Under the pieces are notes generated by a model that worked only from the letters and a program-made list of their open reading frames with translations, was not told where the DNA came from and did no database searches. A program made the translations under genes and the position numbers. Below, one piece after another: positions 8,242-16,036 of a stretch of DNA of 64,000 nucleotides (the first letter of the stretch is position 1; every line of letters begins with the position of its first letter). This DNA comes from a virus. The stretch lies in IMG/VR virus record IMGVR_UViG_3300049846_001128, positions 1-64,000 of that record; one strand, written 5' to 3'.

Positions 8242-8269
8242 ATATTACCACAATGACAAAGGAAGTCAA
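8242..8269 (-). promoter_or_regulatory. sigma70 promoter
   Basis: TTGACT-16-(TG)TAATAT. Confidence 0.55.
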
Positions 8270-8465
8270 TAGGTTTTTTCTTTTTATTTTAGTCTTATCC
8301 TCGTACCATTATACAGATTGACAACCTTATTATATAAGAAGCTTTTTTCCAGCGTTAAAAAGAGGGTTAAGCATGAAGCCCGTAGTATTATGCCCTAAGG
8401 GAAGCCAATAGCATATCTTGTCATCGTGGGATTATGAGACAAGCGCAAGGGGAAAAAAGGTTACA

Positions 8466-8614
8466 TGGCAGTGCTTTTGCATGTGACATTCTTTACATAG
8501 TGCAACCGATTGGCACAAGCCTTGCAGCGAACTAAAGAGAAGTTGTTTGGCATATCAAACTAAATGCTCAGTAGAGTATTAGCTTTGTTATGCTCGGTTG
8601 GCACAGTTTTTGAA
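8466..8614 (+). promoter_or_regulatory. Cluster of sigma54-type -24/-12 boxes
   Basis: TGGCAG-N5-TTGCA (8466), TGGCAC-N5-TTGCA (8511), TGGCAC-N5-TTGAA (8599). Confidence 0.5.
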
Positions 8615-8745
8615 AAGAAAAGCCCAGACAATCATGTATTAAACAAATTGCCTAGGCTTGGTGAATGGGTAAAAAAGCAAGGTTCCTTGCTCTTAGACCT
8701 GTGTTATTTCACAAGCTTAGTGATCCCTAGCCTTGGTCATATCCC

Positions 8746-8774
8746 ATTCTAACATGCCTTACACTCCTTGTCAA
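8746..8774 (-). promoter_or_regulatory. sigma70 promoter
   Basis: TTGACA-17-(TG)TAGAAT. Confidence 0.7.
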
Positions 8775-8882
8775 TAGCTTTTTTCCATTGCCAAGCATTA
8801 TTTTCCAGCTCCTAGCATTTCCAACAACTTAATAGCTTAACCTAAATTGTGGCTAAAGTCACTGCCTGTCAAAAGAAAAGTG

Positions 8883-8911
8883 TTGACATTAATTTTCTGC
8901 CATGGTATAAT
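8883..8911 (+). promoter_or_regulatory. sigma70 promoter (perfect consensus)
   Basis: TTGACA-17-(TG)TATAAT. Confidence 0.85.
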
Positions 8912-8951
8912 TAGTTATGCCGAGGCAATCAAGCCAAGGCGAGCAAAGGAT

Positions 8952-9089
8952 ATGACAATGTTTAGACTTTACTTTCCTAACTTTGACCTAAGCAAATTCT
9001 ATGCCAACGAAGAGGATGCTATAGCAGAAGGTAAGGCGAGTGGCTTTAGCTACACTGTGGCAAAGGTCTATCAAAGCCCATGCCACTAA
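8952..9089 (+). CDS. Hypothetical 45-aa early protein
   Basis: MTMFRLYFPNF...; AAAGGA RBS directly after the promoter. Confidence 0.65.
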   Translation: MTMFRLYFPNFDLSKFYANEEDAIAEGKASGFSYTVAKVYQSPCH

Positions 9090-9220
9090 TGCTAGCCAAG
9101 TGGAAGCCGAGGCACCCCCACTACCTAGGCAAAGGCTAGGGGGGGGGGTAGGTGGTTATGAGTGTGAGTGTGGAGTTGAATATCTACGAATATATATTTG
9201 GCTATTTTTTAATTCATCTG

Positions 9221-9493
9221 TCAATCAATAGCTTCTAACAACTCAGTCTTGTAATCAGCCACTAAATCATACCATTCCCTAGTAACACCATACCTTGAAT
9301 TCTTCTCTTTAGTATATTCGTATCTTTGAACAAATCTGAAATTCTTATATTGTGGGTACTTAGCTTCATAATCTGCCATAAATTGTATAATCTCGCTAAA
9401 CGAGTCTATTCCACTGAACGGGTGTTGTAAAGTCTTATAATCGCCAGAAATGGTGGCTATTTCATTTATTGCAGTTTCTAGTATTACGCTCAT
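9221..9493 (-). CDS. Hypothetical protein, C-terminal tag family (..KTELLEAID)
   Basis: ORF; ATGA overlap. Confidence 0.7.
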   Translation of the reverse strand: MSVILETAINEIATISGDYKTLQHPFSGIDSFSEIIQFMADYEAKYPQYKNFRFVQRYEYTKEKNSRYGVTREWYDLVADYKTELLEAID

Positions 9494-9678
9494 GAGAGTG
9501 CCTTTACTAACTCAGTTGCAACTGTAACACTAATTCTTCTATCTGAGAATATCACTAACTTATCGTTAACATCTCTACCATGTATGTAGTATCCGTCAAA
9601 ATCCAAGTACTTAAATACAGTAGTAGTGCCGCTTTCTAGGTCTTTAGCTACGTACCATTCATTTTTTAGTAAAATCAT
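9490..9678 (-). CDS. Hypothetical protein, C-terminal tag family (..ATELVKALS)
   Basis: ORF; overlapping stop/start. Confidence 0.7.
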   Translation of the reverse strand: MILLKNEWYVAKDLESGTTTVFKYLDFDGYYIHGRDVNDKLVIFSDRRISVTVATELVKALS

Positions 9679-9857
9679 AGGAGTGCCTTCATCAGTTCAG
9701 TCTTTGCCACTTTAACTAGCCAATGTCCTTCATTGTCATAATACTCAATAGAATCGGGAACATATCCAGAATAACCAACACTTGTGTATCTTCTAGTGGC
9801 TTCCACCCATTCCCATAGTTTAGTGAACTCTTCTTCTGTAACCCATTTAATTTTCAC
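9675..9857 (-). CDS. Hypothetical protein, C-terminal tag family (..KTELMKALL)
   Basis: ORF; overlapping stop/start. Confidence 0.7.
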   Translation of the reverse strand: MKIKWVTEEEFTKLWEWVEATRRYTSVGYSGYVPDSIEYYDNEGHWLVKVAKTELMKALL

Positions 9858-10048
9858 AGTAACTCACAGTCTTTACCAAAGTAAAGCTCTTCAATTGGAT
9901 AGCCAAAACCGTTTGAATATTGAACGTAACCTCTTAATTCAGCATCTTTGTCCCAAACTTCAATAATATAGCCCGCCTTTGCCACAATATTACCGTAGCA
10001 GTCGTATAAGTCTCTTAACAGCTTAATTTTATATTTCTTTTTCTTCAT
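9854..10048 (-). CDS. Hypothetical protein
   Basis: ORF; overlapping stop/start. Confidence 0.65.
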   Translation of the reverse strand: MKKKKYKIKLLRDLYDCYGNIVAKAGYIIEVWDKDAELRGYVQYSNGFGYPIEELYFGKDCELL

Positions 10049-10257
10049 AATAATGCCACCTCAAGCGGAGTTAATTCTCTAAATTCCCAATCTTCTAGGT
10101 AGAGCTTACAAGTTCGTCCGTCACTTAAATTCCCTTCAATAAAAGGAACATTGTTTTCCACAGTTATACTTGTGGCAAGGAATGTAACTTCCCTAAGCCA
10201 AGTTCCCCACGTATTACCCTCTGCCTTATACCAAGTTCCAACAGTCATAAAATTCAC
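10045..10257 (-). CDS. Hypothetical protein, C-terminal tag family (..LTPLEVALL)
   Basis: ORF track. Confidence 0.7.
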   Translation of the reverse strand: MNFMTVGTWYKAEGNTWGTWLREVTFLATSITVENNVPFIEGNLSDGRTCKLYLEDWEFRELTPLEVALL

Positions 10258-10276
10258 AGTATCTTATTAATTTAAC

Positions 10277-10528
10277 TTAGTCAAGGGCTTTTCTTAGTGG
10301 GCAATTTCTCCACCATTTATTATGTTTTTCCGCCCGCTTATATTCAGCTGTCATCCTAACTTGGCGGTAGTCCCCATAAAGCCTTTGGGTTAAGATTCTA
10401 ATATTAGGACAGGCTGTTATGTCGTAGCCTTTGTCCTGTAGAAACTTATCCAAGATTAGTTTAAAAAGCATTTCTGAGGCTTCCTGTGGCGTTAGACCTA
10501 GCCAATGCTCTGTTGTGTAGGTCTTCAT
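10277..10528 (-). CDS. Hypothetical protein, C-terminal tag family (..CPLRKALD)
   Basis: ORF track. Confidence 0.65.
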   Translation of the reverse strand: MKTYTTEHWLGLTPQEASEMLFKLILDKFLQDKGYDITACPNIRILTQRLYGDYRQVRMTAEYKRAEKHNKWWRNCPLRKALD

Positions 10529-10750
10529 TTAAAGTAACGCTCTGCCTAGTTCTGTGCTCTTTATAAGCCCTATCCTGCGGTAGGCTTCTTCCATAGCTTC
10601 AATCAAGTCAGACACCGCCATGCCGCTGTAATAACTTGTATCTACGTTCTCAAAGTTATTTGCCACAAGCTTTTCAATAAGTTGCTGTTGTTTTGGAGTG
10701 GCAGGTTTTCCAGTTGCTTGTATTATCATATAATTACTCGATAATGTCAA
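10529..10750 (-). CDS. Hypothetical protein, C-terminal tag family (..STELGRALL)
   Basis: ORF track; start uncertain. Confidence 0.65.
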   Translation of the reverse strand: MTLSSNYMIIQATGKPATPKQQQLIEKLVANNFENVDTSYYSGMAVSDLIEAMEEAYRRIGLIKSTELGRALL

Positions 10751-11096
10751 TAGTATACCCTACGACCTTACCGCCTTTCTTCCTTTTTTTAACCACATAG
10801 GAGCCTTGTTGGCGATGGGTGTTGATTAAAACCCCTCTGCCCGTTATATAAGGTTTAATTTCCATAGCTACTTCATCCTCTTTAGCCAGTTCTAACACTC
10901 TGTCAATCGTGTTAAACGGGTTTAAAGGGTCAACTGGCGTGACATCTATGTTGCGCCCCGTAGCCGGGTCTAACTCAATTGTAGGCGATCCTGAGAAAAA
11001 CTGAGCATCTCCAATATAAATCACCCCACTGGTTAATAACCCCTTTAATTTAGGCTCTTTTTTCTTCCTTACTCTCTTGGGTTTCGTCTGAGACAT
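10734..11096 (-). CDS. Hypothetical protein
   Basis: ORF; GGGGAG RBS. Confidence 0.65.
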   Translation of the reverse strand: MSQTKPKRVRKKKEPKLKGLLTSGVIYIGDAQFFSGSPTIELDPATGRNIDVTPVDPLNPFNTIDRVLELAKEDEVAMEIKPYITGRGVLINTHRQQGSYVVKKRKKGGKVVGYTIDIIE

Positions 11097-11380
11097 ACTA
11101 ACTCCCCTACCATTTTGTTCTTTTCTGTTGAAATTATCGCATTTTCTTCCATAAGTACGTCAAGAATTTGCGTAAATAGTTGTTCTTTAAGGTAATCTTG
11201 ATACTCACTTGGCATATCTTTGTGGTTTAGTACCAATTGTTCGCGTTTTACCGTGGTAAACCAACGATCTATCCACTCGTTCAAAGCTCTTTCTCGCATT
11301 TCTACGTAGTTCCAGTGCTTTTGGTCAGGCATTCTCACCACTTCTCTAAGTTCTTTCATGGCTTTGTCAAAGTTTTTCAC
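11069..11380 (-). CDS. Hypothetical protein
   Basis: ORF; GTGA overlap. Confidence 0.65.
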   Translation of the reverse strand: MKNFDKAMKELREVVRMPDQKHWNYVEMRERALNEWIDRWFTTVKREQLVLNHKDMPSEYQDYLKEQLFTQILDVLMEENAIISTEKNKMVGELVCLRRNPRE

Positions 11381-11610
11381 AATAATGCCTTTAAAAGTGG
11401 TCTTTCTTCAAGCCAGTCTAGAAATTCCCTTTCTGTAGCTGGACTTACCAGTAGCCAGTTGTTATCATTCTCATCCGTCCAAATATAGGAGCTATCTCCA
11501 ACGTAAATATTGGACTCAATACCCACGTAATTTCCACTTGCCAGCATTTTATATATGTGTAAATTGTTATCTGTCATAAATCTTCGTTGTGTATAATATC
11601 CATCTGTCAC
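11377..11610 (-). CDS. Hypothetical protein, C-terminal tag family (..RPLLKALL)
   Basis: ORF track. Confidence 0.65.
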   Translation of the reverse strand: MTDGYYTQRRFMTDNNLHIYKMLASGNYVGIESNIYVGDSSYIWTDENDNNWLLVSPATEREFLDWLEERPLLKALL

Positions 11611-11660
11611 CTTGCCACAAAAGTTGCTACACTTTTTAGTGGGAAACTGTCACACTGGCA

Positions 11661-11873
11661 CTAACCCTCTTGCTCATCCTCGGAGCCTTTACTAAAGTTA
11701 AAACTATCTGGTCCAAAGTTACCCATATTATAACTCACAACGATGGCTTTTGCAATCTGTTCTGAGATGTGACTGATATTTTCTGGATTACCAGAGAACT
11801 CCCATACCACTAGGTCTGTTATTACGTAAGCTCCACGCAGACTCTGCAAAAATGTCATAACACACCCCGTCAT
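11661..11873 (-). CDS. Hypothetical protein
   Basis: ORF track. Confidence 0.45.
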   Translation of the reverse strand: MTGCVMTFLQSLRGAYVITDLVVWEFSGNPENISHISEQIAKAIVVSYNMGNFGPDSFNFSKGSEDEQEG

Positions 11874-11954
11874 ATAAGTGGTTGTTTTTTCGTTCTACCA
11901 AGTAAGGTTGCGGAAACGCCTTTTTGCGTTTCGCAAACACGGAAGTTTGAAATA

Positions 11955-11964
11955 GCAACCTTAT
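11955..11964 (+). promoter_or_regulatory. Putative phage late-promoter motif RCAACCTTAW (copy at start of late operon)
   Basis: Same motif at 8321, 14432, 17527, 22631, 26562, 37871 and 44262, at or next to gene junctions. Confidence 0.7.
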
Positions 11965-11969
11965 ATAAT

Positions 11970-12839
11970 ATGGATAGAAAAAGTGCAATACAGGAATATT
12001 TGAAAATGGTAGAGGAAGGTCGCCCTTTCTCTGAGGACATTATTGGTAAAACTCGTGATATTGAGGACGATGCCCTTCGGGCAAGAAATCTATCTGGAGA
12101 AGCTCTTGCCAATCAGGTTTTAAAAGACACAGGAATTCCTATTCCGGGTAAAGAGGCTTCTCGCTTAAAGCAGGAGGATTTTCTTAACCGTATTGTTAAA
12201 GAAAGATACCCGGAGCTTGAGCCAAATGTTGTTCTTGAACCTTCGAGTTCAGCGGGTGGTTACGCCAAAGGTAAAATAGATATAAACTCAGATTTGGCTA
12301 AAATCTGGACACCGGAAAGAAAAGTAGGAACTTTACTGCATGAGGCAGGTCATCAATATGACGATGAAATTCTCAATAAAGCAGGAAAAAACTTAGACCT
12401 TGGCACTCTTCGCAAATTAAAAGATAGCGGAGTTGATCTTAAATCTATGGACCCTACTGAAGTTTATGAGCTGTATGCTAAAAATCACCATGCAAATATT
12501 CCCGGCTTAAGAGAAGGCACATTTGAGCTTGGTGCTCTTAAGAATTACTTAAAAAAAGGTACTTTTCGTGGCATAGCCCCGGCTATTCTTAAAGGTGCAG
12601 GAGCTATTGCGGGAGGAGCTGCAACACTTGCTGCTGAAGCTTCAGACTCAGAAGAGGAAGGTAGTTCTGCTGAGCAAGCTGCGCTACTTAGAGAGATTGA
12701 TGATAGAAAAATGCGGGAAAAAAATCTCGCGGCTTCGCCGGAAATGAGAGCTGCGTTTGAAAAAATGTATGAAGAGGCTGATACGGGTAAAATGTTTGAT
12801 GCTCGCAGAGATGCGCTTAGAAATTTAGTGAGGAAATAA
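11970..12839 (+). CDS. Zincin (HExxH) domain protein with Gly-rich segment and shared C-terminal signature; putative virion cargo
   Basis: TLLHEAGHQYD; first gene of the late operon. Confidence 0.65.
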   Translation: MDRKSAIQEYLKMVEEGRPFSEDIIGKTRDIEDDALRARNLSGEALANQVLKDTGIPIPGKEASRLKQEDFLNRIVKERYPELEPNVVLEPSSSAGGYAKGKIDINSDLAKIWTPERKVGTLLHEAGHQYDDEILNKAGKNLDLGTLRKLKDSGVDLKSMDPTEVYELYAKNHHANIPGLREGTFELGALKNYLKKGTFRGIAPAILKGAGAIAGGAATLAAEASDSEEEGSSAEQAALLREIDDRKMREKNLAASPEMRAAFEKMYEEADTGKMFDARRDALRNLVRK

Positions 12840-13279
12840 TGAAAAAAGAATTAACTCCTGAGCAGATTGCAGAACTTATTAAATCCGCTGGAGGAAATGC
12901 CTCTATGTCATCCGAAAAAGCTATTGACGCTGGGGTTGGTACTGATTATCGTAAAAACATGTTAAAACTACTTAAACAAATAAAAGCACAATCTCCAGAA
13001 GCTATAAAAGAGGCAGGTCGTCAAGTCTATGGGGAATTAGATGATGCTGCTGGTTCTAGAGTTGCATCTACTTTGGTAAAACGATTACCGGCTGCTGCGT
13101 TAGGAGGAATTGGCTTACTAGGGTCTATGGGAGCTGAAGCAGCAACCACAGAAGATATTGGCGAATCTCCAGAGGAAGAGGCTATAATGCTTGCTGAGAG
13201 AGATGCTACGGAAGATTACAAGAATTCTCCGGCTTTTGCTGCTAGACGAGCCGCTATTGAAAAACTAAGAGGTCGTTAA
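12839..13279 (+). CDS. Putative virion cargo protein, shared C-terminal signature
   Basis: LPAAALGGIGLLG...GESPEEEA...ARRAAIEKL. Confidence 0.6.
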   Translation: MKKELTPEQIAELIKSAGGNASMSSEKAIDAGVGTDYRKNMLKLLKQIKAQSPEAIKEAGRQVYGELDDAAGSRVASTLVKRLPAAALGGIGLLGSMGAEAATTEDIGESPEEEAIMLAERDATEDYKNSPAFAARRAAIEKLRGR

Positions 13280-14238
13280 TGGCTGACGATAATAAACTAT
13301 CTTCTTTAGCAGCTTACTCTGCTGCTTTAAAACAGATTAGTGAATCCCCAGAAGGATTACCTTCTATTAATCCAAAAGCTTCAGCAAAAATAGCAGAAGC
13401 TTACAGTGCATTACAACATAGTCCAGATGATCCTGCAGTCCAACGAGCATATCAAGCATTGATTGATGAAACTGTTCAGCAATACAAAGCAATGCAAGAT
13501 CAGGGTTTAAAAATTTCCAAAATAAAACAAGGAATGGACAATCCTTATCCAAATTCCAAAGCAATGATTAAAGATGTTGCTGAAAATAAACATCTTTGGT
13601 ACTACCCGACTGAGCAAGGTTTCGGTTCTTCTGGGGCGGATAGCTCAAAACATCCCATGTTAAAAGTTACTGATCTTTTAGATGATGAAGGCAAGCCAAT
13701 GTTGGCTAATGACGTGTTTCGCGCAGTTCACGACTACGAAGGACATTACAAAGGTAATAATAAGTTTGGAGCTTTAGGAGAAGAAAGGGCTTATCAACAA
13801 CATAAGAAAATGTTCTCGCCAGAAGCTGTTAAGGCTTTAACCACAGAAACTCGTGGGCAGAATTCTTGGGTTAATTATGGACCTTATGGGGAAGCCAATC
13901 GCGCCAATCCAGCAAAAACAACTTATGCTGATCAGAAAGCAGGGTTACTTCCAGATTGGGCTAGTAAGAATGTTGATGAGATTGCAAATCCTCTTTTATA
14001 TAATGCTAAACAAGCTGGTAAAATGGTAATTAAGACTGGACTTCCAGCAATAGCTATTGGTGCAGCATCCTCTGAACCAGATTTAAGCTCTGCATTCATG
14101 AATACTGTAATTCCGGGTGGAAATCCTGAAGCTGGGGAAAGTCCAGAAGACGAAGCAGCTTTGATAGGTGAAATTCAGGGCTATAAAAATTATCAAAAAG
14201 CTAAGCGGGATGCGCTAAGGGCTTTGCTAAAAAAATGA
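13279..14238 (+). CDS. Polyvalent-protein-like domain (FRAVHDxxGH..GEERAY) with shared C-terminal signature
   Basis: NDVFRAVHDYEGH...FGALGEERAY..H...ETRGQNSWVNYGP is a divergent metal-binding motif. Confidence 0.6.
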   Translation: MADDNKLSSLAAYSAALKQISESPEGLPSINPKASAKIAEAYSALQHSPDDPAVQRAYQALIDETVQQYKAMQDQGLKISKIKQGMDNPYPNSKAMIKDVAENKHLWYYPTEQGFGSSGADSSKHPMLKVTDLLDDEGKPMLANDVFRAVHDYEGHYKGNNKFGALGEERAYQQHKKMFSPEAVKALTTETRGQNSWVNYGPYGEANRANPAKTTYADQKAGLLPDWASKNVDEIANPLLYNAKQAGKMVIKTGLPAIAIGAASSEPDLSSAFMNTVIPGGNPEAGESPEDEAALIGEIQGYKNYQKAKRDALRALLKK

Positions 14239-14432
14239 AAAAGAAAGAATTAGAATCTAATTTACTAAATGATATTTTCTACGCTGCAATGCCTGAGCGA
14301 AAAATTCGCCCAAGTAAGCAAGAGCCACAGGAATCAGAAGAGGATTCTGAGTATCTTGACGATCTGCGTGAAAAGAAACGCGCTCGCTACGAAGCACTAA
14401 AACTTAAAGCCCGTGAAGGTTGGGGCGAATAA
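14235..14432 (+). CDS. Small hypothetical protein
   Basis: ORF; ATGA overlap. Confidence 0.6.
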   Translation: MKKKELESNLLNDIFYAAMPERKIRPSKQEPQESEEDSEYLDDLREKKRARYEALKLKAREGWGE

Positions 14433-14509
14433 CAACCTTATTAGTTGAGACTTAACTGAGCTAAGCCAAATATCAAACGACTTTGGTAAACTCACATAAA
14501 GGATAAACC

Positions 14510-14848
14510 ATGAAAAAATACCTTGACGCATTTCCTGCGTTTGCCTCCCTGTTCTTCCTGATTTACATTGCAATTAATCCAGAAAGCATTGGTCCCATTG
14601 TGGGATTTGTTGCTTCTGTTTGTCTGTTTGCTTACCAACAATATTTATTTAGAACTGAGCAGCCAGACATTGTGGCTGAGCTTGCTAAGGTTAGAGCTGA
14701 GCTTGCTAGTTCTGTTGTTGACTTAAAAGAAAAAGCTGGGAAAGAAATTACACAACTTCGCGATGATGTTGCTAAGTTTAGCTTATCGATGACTAGAGTT
14801 CCGGGTGCGGTTGAGAAGCCTAAAGAACGACAGAAAGTGAGTTTCTAA
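14510..14848 (+). CDS. Two-TM membrane protein with coiled coil (holin-like?)
   Basis: Two N-terminal hydrophobic helices; AAGGA RBS. Confidence 0.55.
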   Translation: MKKYLDAFPAFASLFFLIYIAINPESIGPIVGFVASVCLFAYQQYLFRTEQPDIVAELAKVRAELASSVVDLKEKAGKEITQLRDDVAKFSLSMTRVPGAVEKPKERQKVSF

Positions 14849-14985
14849 TGAACTTTGTATATCCATGGATACGTATTGATAGTAAGCAAATCACTTTAAG
14901 ATTTACAACTTGTATCCATTATATTAAAGACGACATTTTCTTATTTAAAATATTAGGATTTGGTTTTTACAAGGATTTAAAATGA
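14848..14985 (+). CDS. Hypothetical 45-aa protein
   Basis: Read manually: MNFVYPWIRID...; TAATG and ATGA overlaps on both sides. Confidence 0.45.
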   Translation: MNFVYPWIRIDSKQITLRFTTCIHYIKDDIFLFKILGFGFYKDLK

Positions 14986-15335
14986 GTACTTATCCAGAAC
15001 TAGATTCTTTAGAAATCTCTAAACTTAAAAAGCGCATTTCTGAGCTTGAGATTGAACTTACAAAAGCTCAAGAAGTTTTGAAAGAAAATGACTTGCTTGA
15101 TGAAGTTTCCCAAGTCTCTGATACCGAAGCAATTTGTACTAACGAAATAGCCAAGCTTAAAGTTGCTTCTGACAATGGTATTTTAACTTTAGAAGACGTT
15201 AAGATTCTTGACTTGCTTGTTAAGAATTTGCTTGCAATTAAAGGTAAGTCAGTGCCAGAAGAGAAAGGTAAGGGAAAAAAGGGTGTGAAGCCAGTTGCTG
15301 AGCTTTTAAGTATTGTGGAGAAGGCTAAGAAATAA
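14982..15335 (+). CDS. Probable terminase small subunit
   Basis: Helical 117-aa protein upstream of TerL; assignment by position only. Confidence 0.4.
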   Translation: MSTYPELDSLEISKLKKRISELEIELTKAQEVLKENDLLDEVSQVSDTEAICTNEIAKLKVASDNGILTLEDVKILDLLVKNLLAIKGKSVPEEKGKGKKGVKPVAELLSIVEKAKK

Positions 15336-16036
15336 TGAGAAACGTAAGAAAGCCTGATAGATTTATCGAGTATGTAGAGGGTGTAGCTGTTACAATACAA
15401 TGCGCTAGATGTAGACAAGTTAAAAATAGTTGCGATTTTTCTAAGAGTAAATCTCATAGTACAGGATACATGTCTAGTTGTAAATCTTGCTTATCTATTG
15501 AATCAAAAAAATATTATAAAAAGAATAGTGTAAGAATTAGAACTTATGTTAAAAAATATTGCATAGAAAATAAAGAAGAAGTTTTAAGAAAGAAAAAGAT
15601 ATACACAAAAAAAAGACAAAAAGAATTGCAAAAAAACAAAGACTATAGAGAAAAGAGAAAAGCTCAAGCTAAATCTTGGAGAATTAGAAATAATGAAAAA
15701 GTAAAAGCCTATAATAAAAAATATAAAACAGAGAATGCTGAATTATGTAGAGATATTTCAAGAAGAAGAATATCCTCTAAAAGAACTACAAATTTAAACT
15801 TAGATAATTCAATAAAAAATGAATTAGTTAAATTGGCTAATAAAGTAAAATACTTAAATAAGAAAGAAGGTTATCGAGCTTTTCACTTAGATCATATAAT
15901 ACCTTTAAATCATCCAGATGTTTGCGGTCTTCATGTACCTTGGAATTTGCAAATACTGACATATAAAGAAAACTGCTCAAAATCTAATAAGTTTGATGGA
16001 ACATACATTAATGAATCATGGAGGTCTGAAGTATGA
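15335..16036 (+). CDS. HNH homing endonuclease
   Basis: CARC..CKSC zinc finger, basic helix, HLDHIIPL..VCGLHVPWNLQ..NCSKSN; very A-rich. Confidence 0.85.
   Translation: MRNVRKPDRFIEYVEGVAVTIQCARCRQVKNSCDFSKSKSHSTGYMSSCKSCLSIESKKYYKKNSVRIRTYVKKYCIENKEEVLRKKKIYTKKRQKELQKNKDYREKRKAQAKSWRIRNNEKVKAYNKKYKTENAELCRDISRRRISSKRTTNLNLDNSIKNELVKLANKVKYLNKKEGYRAFHLDHIIPLNHPDVCGLHVPWNLQILTYKENCSKSNKFDGTYINESWRSEV

Noticed and set aside
8564-8752. 62-aa + strand ORF downstream of the sigma54 boxes
   Set aside because: No RBS, overlaps promoter elements and has atypical composition; not fully excluded.
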